A stretch of DNA of 64,000 nucleotides, from the NCBI GenBank assembly GCA_963666835.2, contig CAXXGO010000006.1:2592001-2656000 (forward strand), written 5' to 3'. The position numbers were made by a program, and so were the translations under genes. Numbering within the stretch: the first letter of the stretch is position 1; each line of letters opens with the position of its first letter. Shown piece after piece: positions 30,222 through 36,954 of the stretch. The DNA comes from Phycisphaerae bacterium (lineage in GTDB: Bacteria > Planctomycetota > Phycisphaerae > UBA1845). The notes under the pieces were generated by a model that was not told the origin of the DNA, made no database searches, and worked only from the letters and a program-made list of their open reading frames with translations.

Positions 30222-30650
30222 TCAGAGTGTCAAGACCGTTATCGCAGTGTGTCCGAGAATCAGGGCCCACAGGATCACCGTGAGACGCGCGCCAAACCGC
30301 TTCACTGATCGCTCGGCGCGTGCCTCAAGCGTACCTGCTGCTGCTGCCGCCAGAAGTAGCTGCAGCGGAAAGAGAAGAAACGGACCGGTCAGCCAGTTCA
30401 CTTCTACACGATCGACGGTACCGCGAATCTCGTCAACAAAGACGTACGCAATGAACCACGGGATCGTTGCCAAAAGGAGTATGCGGAAGAACCTCCGCAG
30501 AGGCCAACGCCGCCTGGCGTATACCGCTACCTCGCGCGAAGTAAACGCTTGTCCGCACTCCGGGCAGCGCGGTTCCACAAGTCCTCGTAAGTCGTAATCG
30601 CAGTTTGGGCAACGACCCTCAGTTTGCACGGCTGAGCAGACCTCTTTCAT
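30222..30650 (-). CDS. Zinc-ribbon membrane protein
   Basis: CPNCDYDLRGLVEPRCPECG followed by TM segments. Confidence 0.8.
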   Translation of the reverse strand: MKEVCSAVQTEGRCPNCDYDLRGLVEPRCPECGQAFTSREVAVYARRRWPLRRFFRILLLATIPWFIAYVFVDEIRGTVDRVEVNWLTGPFLLFPLQLLLAAAAAGTLEARAERSVKRFGARLTVILWALILGHTAITVLTL

Positions 30651-30819
30651 CAAGAAACCTCGATCTCCGTGGTCGTCGGCGCTTGTGTAGTTTACGCGTC
30701 AAGCATGGCCAGGCAACTGCGGACCATGCCACCAGTCAGGTTGCTCGTAAGATACGAAAGACCCCACCACATGATGCAATCATACTACCAGACAGTTCTG
30801 GACTCCACCATTCGCACGA

Positions 30820-30856
30820 GCGGAGCTCCATCCTTGCTACGAAGCACGTCGCACCA
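30820..30856. repeat. Degenerate REP-like copy
   Basis: CCATCCTTGCTACGAAGCACGTCGCACC resembles CCACCCTTGCTACGCAAAAGTGGGGCACC near 36897. Confidence 0.45.
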
Positions 30857-30894
30857 GTTCAACGGAGAAGTCTATCCTTGCCCGCGAGACTGTG

Positions 30895-31449
30895 TCAACC
30901 GACTCGTAGCAGACAGGAGAGAACCAGGTAGGGCAGCAAGACGCTGAGAGACGACACACAGAACAGCTTAATCAGGTAGGGACGCGTCGGCAATGACAGA
31001 CGAACCAGAGAAACCGCGTACCAGGTCGACAGCGCAACGCATGTCGCCGGTATGCTCAACACCGCAAGTAACGCCCACGTGTCCGGTGGATTTGCCGGAA
31101 TGCCAATGCATGCGGTAGGAAAGACGAGCGGCCCCATCAGGGCAAACACGCCGATATCCGGATATAGAGCAAAACAGATCAACGTCGGTCCGCAAAAGGC
31201 GAGAGCGTTGAGGACGAGTTGCACGACAGTGACTCGCCAGCGGTGGTTTCGCCAGTAGGTCGCCCAGCGGGCCGCGGGCTCATTAGACTTCGCCACCGGC
31301 GTGCCACATTCCGGGCACAATCCGTATAGACCCAGCGTTCGGAGATTGTACCCGCATTCCATGCATTGCAGATCGCGAACAATGGTCCGCCGTTTCGGAG
31401 TCTCAGGCGCGACATCAGTATTGTCCTTATCCGGCAGCATCCTTCGCAT
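30895..31449 (-). CDS. Zinc-ribbon membrane protein
   Basis: CMECGYNLRTLGLYGLCPECG followed by TM segments. Confidence 0.8.
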   Translation of the reverse strand: MRRMLPDKDNTDVAPETPKRRTIVRDLQCMECGYNLRTLGLYGLCPECGTPVAKSNEPAARWATYWRNHRWRVTVVQLVLNALAFCGPTLICFALYPDIGVFALMGPLVFPTACIGIPANPPDTWALLAVLSIPATCVALSTWYAVSLVRLSLPTRPYLIKLFCVSSLSVLLPYLVLSCLLRVG

Positions 31450-31487
31450 TTCTCCAAGGCGGTCCGAAAGGCAAGCACGGGCGCCCC

Positions 31488-31627
31488 ATCTCTTCAGGGC
31501 AGCGGGTGCCCCATCCTTCGCCCCCGGCGAAGGGTGGGGAATGGACCCGCGTTCTCTTCTGACAAGCTCCTGCAGCCGCCCAGTGTAGTTCTTTCGGACG
31601 GGTGGCCCATCTCTTTAGAGGTGGGGA
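31488..31627. repeat. REP module (three REP-like units plus conserved spacer)
   Basis: GGGCGCCCCATC; GGGTGCCCCATCCTTCGCCCCCGGCGAAGGGTGGGG; GGGTGGCCCATCTCTTTAGAGGTGGGG. Confidence 0.85.
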
Positions 31628-31652
31628 ACTCTCACGGTCGGTGGCAGTGCAT

Positions 31653-32066
31653 CTACGTCTTCTCTCGATTGCCCAACAGTACCGGATCGAACGGCGTGCC
31701 ACACTCGGGGCATCGAGGGGTAGGAAGCCCGCAAAGCGAGTAGCCACAAACCAGACAGGTAGGGCTCTCGCTCTCCTCACGATGCGAGCTTGGCACGGTG
31801 CCAACGAGCACCGCGCACACCGCGAGACACAGCACAAGCGCGGGCACCGTGAAGCCCAGTGACTGCACCAGCAGGTCCTCCCAATTGGACGGAAACTCGT
31901 ACGCGAGCTGCCCCACCCGACGTTCCCGGGTCCCGACCACGATCGCGCCCGGCGCGCCGACCACAACTACTGATAACACGAGGAGCACCTTATGTCGAAC
32001 CCGTCGAAGGAGGAAGCACAGATTCAACACGAGCAAGGCCGAGGCAATAGCGAAACACCAGATCAT
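31653..32066 (-). CDS. Membrane protein with C-terminal zinc ribbon
   Basis: Three TM segments, then CLVCGYSLCGLPTPRCPECG. Confidence 0.8.
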   Translation of the reverse strand: MIWCFAIASALLVLNLCFLLRRVRHKVLLVLSVVVVGAPGAIVVGTRERRVGQLAYEFPSNWEDLLVQSLGFTVPALVLCLAVCAVLVGTVPSSHREESESPTCLVCGYSLCGLPTPRCPECGTPFDPVLLGNREKT

Positions 32067-32091
32067 CGCGTTGACGTCCCCACTCCGGCAC

Positions 32092-32128
32092 GGGCGCCCC
32101 ATCCTTCGCCCCCGGCGAAGGGTGGGGG
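32092..32128 (+). repeat. REP hairpin, 5' half of the module interrupted by the intron
   Basis: GGGCGCCCCATCCTTCGCCCCCGGCGAAGGGTGGGGG. Confidence 0.9.
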
Positions 32129-34055
32129 GAAAGCGCCGGTAAGCCGGTGAGGAGTAGTGGATGAGAGAGCCATACGGTGAAGGAATAGCGAACCACACCG
32201 ACCCCGAGTCATACTGTGGTGTCCGCAAGGGCATGGCGGGAGCGTTGACAGGGGCACGTGCGGGCCGGCCATTGAGCCGTGAAAGCCTTTTACTCCGGAG
32301 TGCCGACGCCGTCCCCCAAGGCGGAAGGCAACACCGGAGGGCGTCGTTAACGCGAGACGCCTTTCGGACTCCGCGCGGTCTTAGAACCCGAGCACGCACG
32401 GAAACTCCTCACGCGGAACCCGGGAGATCCCGCGTTCGGCCTCGAACATGGCATCGAGGTCCGCAGTGTGAATCCATAGGAGCACGACACTGATGCACGG
32501 GCGCGGGAAGTCGGACAGGCCCATAGTACCGAAGAAGACTGCGAACAACGGTGATCCCCCGGCGGGGAGGTCGTCCGCGGAGCAGTTGGAGGAAAGGGGC
32601 CTGGCCAAGGGCAACTCGATTCGACACGACAGGCACCGTACGCAGAGCCGGGATCGTCTGCAAAGCGGGTTGGATCGGGTACGACAGGCAGCGGTAAAGG
32701 ATAAGGATTTACAGTTCACCACGCTTTGGCACCATGTCTATGATGTCGCTCGCCTCCGGGAGGCGTACTTGAGCCTCAAGCATGCTTCGGCACCGGGGAT
32801 GGACGGCATGACATGGGAGGCGTACGGCAGGGACCTAGAAGAACACCTCTTGGATCTGTCGGCACGTCTACAGCGCGGAGCGTACCGAGCGAGGCCGGTC
32901 AAGCGGGTCTACATTCCGAAACCCGATGGACGGCAGAGACCAATAGGGATTCCCGTGTTGGAAGACAAGATCGTCCAACGGGCGATGACCGATGTGCTCT
33001 CGGCTGTCTACGAGGCAGACTTCCTCGGGTTCTCCTACGGATTTCGACCAGGACGGGACGCCCATCAGGCGTTAAGTGCCCTGACTGTCGGCATCGAGAG
33101 GAAGAAGGTGAATTGGGTGCTGGATGCAGACATTCGTGGATTCTTCGATGCCATAGACCACGATTGGCTGATCAAGTTCGTCGAGCACCGGATCGCAGAC
33201 CAGCGTGTCGTGCGTCACGTGAAGAAGTGGCTGAACGCCGGCGTGCTGGAGGACGGGTGTCGAAGGGACACGGAGACGGGGACGCCGCAGGGGGGCAGTA
33301 TCAGCCCGCTATTGGCGAACATCTATCTCCATTACGCCTTCGACTTGTGGGCCCGCCAATGGCGACGGACGCAAGCTCACGGAGATGTGATTATCGTGAG
33401 ATATGCGGACGACTTCGTGGTGGGATTTCAACAGCGAGAGGATGCCGAGCGGTTTCGGGATGAGCTGACGGATCGCCTCCGGAAGTTCAAGCTGGAGCTA
33501 CATGCGGACAAGACTCGTCTGATTGAGTTCGGCCGTTTTGCGTCGACCAATCGCAAGCGAGAAGGCCGCGGCAAACCGGCGACCTTCGAGTTTCTGGGTT
33601 TTCGCCACATCTGTGGCAAGACCCGGCGTGGGAGGTTCACGGTACTACGGCAGACTGTCGCGAAACGACGGCGTGCGAAGCTCAAAGCGATTAAGCAAGA
33701 GCTTCGGCGACGTATGCATGCCCCCGTCCGAGAGGTGGGCGCGTATTTGCGGGCGGTGGTTCGCGGGTACTATCAGTATTATGCGGTACCGCGGAACTAC
33801 CCGGCCTTAACGGCATTTCGGGATGAGGTTGTCCGTCTTTGGCGCTGGACGCTCCGGCGTCGTAGCGAGAAGACTCGGATTACCTGGGCCCGCATGAACC
33901 GTTTGGCCAAGCAGTGGATACCTGCTCCCAAAATCCTACATCCTTACCCCGACCGACACCTGGCCGTTATGACCCAAGGCAGGAGCCCAGTGCGGTAGTC
34001 CCGCACGCTGGGATCTGTGGAGGGGGTCCCGGGTAACCGGGATTCCTACTCCGAC
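32129..34055 (+). mobile_element. Group II intron (IIB, resembling bacterial class E); no canonical GUGYG 5' end
   Basis: Domain V GAGCCCAGTGCGGTAGTCCCGCACGCTGGGATC and domain VI ending CCTACTCCGAC at 34055; the flanks rejoin into an intact repeat module; RT ORF inside. Confidence 0.9.
32493..33998 (+). CDS. ltrA: Group II intron reverse transcriptase/maturase, no endonuclease domain
   Basis: APGMDG, YIPKPDGRQRPIGIP, SYGFRPGR, DADIRGFFD, GTPQGGSISPLLANIYL, RYADD, FLGF and domain X. Confidence 0.95.
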   Translation: MHGRGKSDRPIVPKKTANNGDPPAGRSSAEQLEERGLAKGNSIRHDRHRTQSRDRLQSGLDRVRQAAVKDKDLQFTTLWHHVYDVARLREAYLSLKHASAPGMDGMTWEAYGRDLEEHLLDLSARLQRGAYRARPVKRVYIPKPDGRQRPIGIPVLEDKIVQRAMTDVLSAVYEADFLGFSYGFRPGRDAHQALSALTVGIERKKVNWVLDADIRGFFDAIDHDWLIKFVEHRIADQRVVRHVKKWLNAGVLEDGCRRDTETGTPQGGSISPLLANIYLHYAFDLWARQWRRTQAHGDVIIVRYADDFVVGFQQREDAERFRDELTDRLRKFKLELHADKTRLIEFGRFASTNRKREGRGKPATFEFLGFRHICGKTRRGRFTVLRQTVAKRRRAKLKAIKQELRRRMHAPVREVGAYLRAVVRGYYQYYAVPRNYPALTAFRDEVVRLWRWTLRRRSEKTRITWARMNRLAKQWIPAPKILHPYPDRHLAVMTQGRSPVR

Positions 34056-34185
34056 ACTGATCCGCATTCGTTTCTGACAACCTCCTGCAGCTACCGAGTG
34101 TAGTTATTCCGCCCCGGTTTGGTCAAGCAGGTCTCCGCACGCGCGATGAACCGGTGTAGATGGGGGCCTGATTCGCCGGTAAGCG
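34056..34185. repeat. 3' half of the interrupted module, carrying a promoter-like motif on the minus strand
   Basis: Aligns with 31540-31595, 34797-34895 and 36695-36790; minus strand TTGACC(34126-34121)-N18-TACACT(34102-34097). Confidence 0.8.
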
Positions 34186-34230
34186 AAGCGATCCGTCTCC
34201 CACGCTCGGTGCGCGAAGAAGTGAGGCACG

Positions 34231-34740
34231 CTACCAAGACAACCTGAAGACGAACGGGCGGAACGCCAACGATTCGAAGAATGACCACACGGCCAGAAGA
34301 AACACGATCCTGATCCGCCATCGCCAATCACTGCGCATTGACTCATAGCTAGCGAAAGTCAGTATTGCCAATGCTACGCAGATGCCAAGGCAGAGATTGC
34401 CGAAGCTGGTTGCCCCCAATCCTGGGCGCACATCGAGCACGCTGAGGAACAGCCAAACGGGGGCGAGAAGCACATCACGTGCGTGAATACGAAAACCACT
34501 GAGACCCACGAGAAGCAGTAGGGCGGGCAGGTAGAACGCGGAGGCATTGATCGGCACAATGAACAGGAGGCTCCGCCATCGCGGAGAGGCTGCCTCCGGC
34601 TCAGACGTAGAGTCGACGACGTCCGTGCCGCATTCCGGACAACGTCCCGTCAATCGAAGTGTGCGTAGATTGTACCCACAACCAACACACGAGACATCAT
34701 CGTCAACGCATTCTCTTTTTCGTTCGCCCGTATCGCCCAC
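34231..34740 (-). CDS. Zinc-ribbon membrane protein (start uncertain)
   Basis: CVGCGYNLRTLRLTGRCPECG followed by TM segments; paralog of 30895-31449. Confidence 0.78.
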   Translation of the reverse strand: MGDTGERKRECVDDDVSCVGCGYNLRTLRLTGRCPECGTDVVDSTSEPEAASPRWRSLLFIVPINASAFYLPALLLLVGLSGFRIHARDVLLAPVWLFLSVLDVRPGLGATSFGNLCLGICVALAILTFASYESMRSDWRWRIRIVFLLAVWSFFESLAFRPFVFRLSW

Positions 34741-34759
34741 CGCAGAAAACCCCACCAGC

Positions 34760-34968
34760 GGGTGCCCCGTCCTTCGCCCCCGGCGAAGGGTGGGGGATGG
34801 CCCCGCGCTGACTTCTCGACAAGCCTTCGCTGTCGCCTGTTGTAGTTCTTTCGCTCCGGTTTGGTCAAGCACGTCTCCGCATACGGGATGAACCGCTTGG
34901 GAAGGGGACTGCATTCTGCCCGAGGCGATCCGCCACCCCCCCCTTGCTGCGCAAGCATGGGGCGCCCA
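34760..34968. repeat. Complete module: REP, promoter-like spacer, inverted REP
   Basis: GGGTGCCCCGTCCTTCGCCCCCGGCGAAGGGTGGGGG ... TGTAGTTCTTTCGCTCCGGTTTGGTCAAG ... CCCCCCCTTGCTGCGCAAGCATGGGGCGCCC. Confidence 0.88.
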
Positions 34969-35046
34969 CGCGAATAGGCTCGGAGTTGGCTCCCTGCATC
35001 AACGGACTGCCAGGCGGTTCCGGGATTATCTGCCATCGTGGTGCAA

Positions 35047-35532
35047 TCAGGTAGACGGCGGAAACTCAAGTGGACAATGAGGCGGTTGTCCATCCACCGG
35101 AACATGCTTCTCCCAGGCCCCGTTGTCTTCTTCCTCCCAGTAGACGGCGCCGATGTCTGCACTCAGAAGCCACAGCCTACTATCAGTGTCCCAGTCGACG
35201 TTCCACGAGGATGTTCCGGCAGCTACCGACTCCACGTCCAAGACAACGGCACCTGTTTCGGCGCGACAGATCAAGAACCCGACCGGTCCCGTATCATCGT
35301 GCCTTGTTGAGCCTGTCCAGACAAAATGACGGCCGTTGGGCGCCAAGGGGACTTTCCGCGGTGATCTCCAACCGGCATCTGTGACGCCTCTATCCACTTT
35401 CTCAAGACGCGCCTGCGCGAGCTTATACAAAGCGCGGTTCCTGCTGCGCTGCCTCTCCGTACACGAATACACCTGTATGCCGATCACGGCCAGGCCGATG
35501 ATGTACGCGACACCTGAGACGATAGACCGCAT
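35047..35532 (-). CDS. Hypothetical protein with N-terminal membrane anchor
   Basis: 161 aa ORF with a hydrophobic N-terminus and WDTDSRLWLLSADIG. Confidence 0.65.
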   Translation of the reverse strand: MRSIVSGVAYIIGLAVIGIQVYSCTERQRSRNRALYKLAQARLEKVDRGVTDAGWRSPRKVPLAPNGRHFVWTGSTRHDDTGPVGFLICRAETGAVVLDVESVAAGTSSWNVDWDTDSRLWLLSADIGAVYWEEEDNGAWEKHVPVDGQPPHCPLEFPPST

Positions 35533-35709
35533 GATCCCAGAACCCCCTGTGTCTTCATGGTCGGTACGTCTCCACATGCCGGCGGCTGACGGGCTACTCA
35601 TCGAATCGAGTTCATCACTCGCACGGTCCTTCCGGGCTGGCGTTCCATCCGCCGCCCGCAGCGGAGAATGACGGACCCGGAGCCGAACACACGGTCCGAG
35701 TTCGCAATG

Positions 35710-35888
35710 AGCTTCGTCGACACGCCTTGTGGGCCGACGCATACTGTTGTACAGTTTCCTGCCGTCTTCGGCTGCACTTCCTTCACCCTGGTTTCGTCAA
35801 GTAAGTTCCCGAGAGCAGGATAAGCCGGTGTGGATGGTGGCCGGGTTTCGCCGGCTACCGTGTCGATCCGTCCCCCACCCTTGCTATA
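35710..35888. repeat. Degenerate module copy
   Basis: GGTTTCGTCAAG...CCGGTGTGGATGGTGGC...TACCGTGTCGATCCGTCCCCCACCCTTGCTA, shared with 36720-36910. Confidence 0.75.
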
Positions 35889-36525
35889 GCGAGATTCCCA
35901 AGTGCTCGCGCGATGGCGTGTCGTGCTCTTTGTGGTAACGGATCAGTGAGGGATCGCTCTCGGCAGCTTCAGCGTATTCAGCCGGGCGAACTTTCTTGCT
36001 GCGGATATAGTACTCCGGGTATCCCGGTCGTAATCTACCGTCCTCTTGCCATTCTCGAACAACACCGTGGAGTCGTCCGCGCTGCCAGAATCGCTCGGTA
36101 TAGACCTGCATTCCGTCCTCATTCCACCAGAGTTTGCACCCGTGATGGAGTCCATCGACAATATGCCTTTCCTCTGCGATTTTACCGTTCTCGTGCCACC
36201 AAATGTCCAGGCCAGTACCATTCGACATTTCGTACGTGCCGAGCAATGCGCCGTCGATACCGAACTGCCTCGCAACGCCGTGCTCCTTGCCGGTTTCGAA
36301 ATGCGTCTTAAACCTGAGAATACCATTGGAGAACCAACGTCGCAGTGATCCCTGGCGGATTCCGCCGGACATCATCACCTCTTCAATGACTGCGCCCGTC
36401 TCGTCCCTGATCCGCCTCGCGATTTCCTCACCTGCGACAAAGCACGCATGCACGGTGTCGCCGTACTCATCGAGAGTGAGCAGACGCTCGTCAACACCCT
36501 CAGGTATGTCGCTCGGGTAAGCCAT
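35884..36525 (-). CDS. MORN-variant repeat protein (YwqK antitoxin-like)
   Basis: Repeated G..HG...W.ENG units. Confidence 0.75.
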   Translation of the reverse strand: MAYPSDIPEGVDERLLTLDEYGDTVHACFVAGEEIARRIRDETGAVIEEVMMSGGIRQGSLRRWFSNGILRFKTHFETGKEHGVARQFGIDGALLGTYEMSNGTGLDIWWHENGKIAEERHIVDGLHHGCKLWWNEDGMQVYTERFWQRGRLHGVVREWQEDGRLRPGYPEYYIRSKKVRPAEYAEAAESDPSLIRYHKEHDTPSREHLGISL

Positions 36526-36559
36526 TCTTTGCCGCGATTCTCCGACGTTGGCCAAGCTG

Positions 36560-36927
36560 CGGGTGCCCCGTCCTTCGCCCCTGGCGAAGGGTGGGGAATG
36601 GATCCGGAACCTGCTTCAGTCAGCGAATGCCAAACGTGGTCCGCCCGTACGTTGAGCAATGCGACGTTCACAGCGTGCCGATCTTGTACTGTTCCTGGTT
36701 GTAGTTGCTTCGGCCGGGTTTGGTCAAGTGAGTTTCCGCAAGCGGGATCAACCGGTGTAGATGGTGGCTGAAGTCCGCCCGTTACCGTGTCGATCCGTCC
36801 CCCACCCATTCCGGCGGGGAGTCGGCATGGCTACGGCAGCTCGGCAAACGCCGGAATGAATGGGGTACCCGCCTGGTTACCGTGTCGATCCGTCCCCCAC
36901 CCTTGCTACGCAAAAGTGGGGCACCCT
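36560..36927. repeat. Long module: REP, promoter-like spacer, two inverted REPs
   Basis: REP at 36560-36597; minus strand TTGACC(36727-36722)-N18-TACAAC; GTTACCGTGTCGATCCGTCCCCCACCC occurs twice. Confidence 0.88.
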
Positions 36928-36954
36928 CCTGTGGGTTGCCGAATTGGTTACCGC

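Noticed and set aside
32161..32493. 110 aa ORF MREPYGEG...
   Set aside because: It overlaps intron domain I RNA and is probably a spurious translation.
32493..33998. RT as a DGR, retron or CRISPR-associated RT
   Set aside because: It has domain X and flanking domain V/VI RNA; no TR/VR pair, msr-msd or cas genes are visible.
29936..36927. Classical integron or CRISPR array
   Set aside because: No intI and no convincing RYYYAAC...GTTRRRY attC sites; the repeats are irregularly spaced and separated by whole genes.
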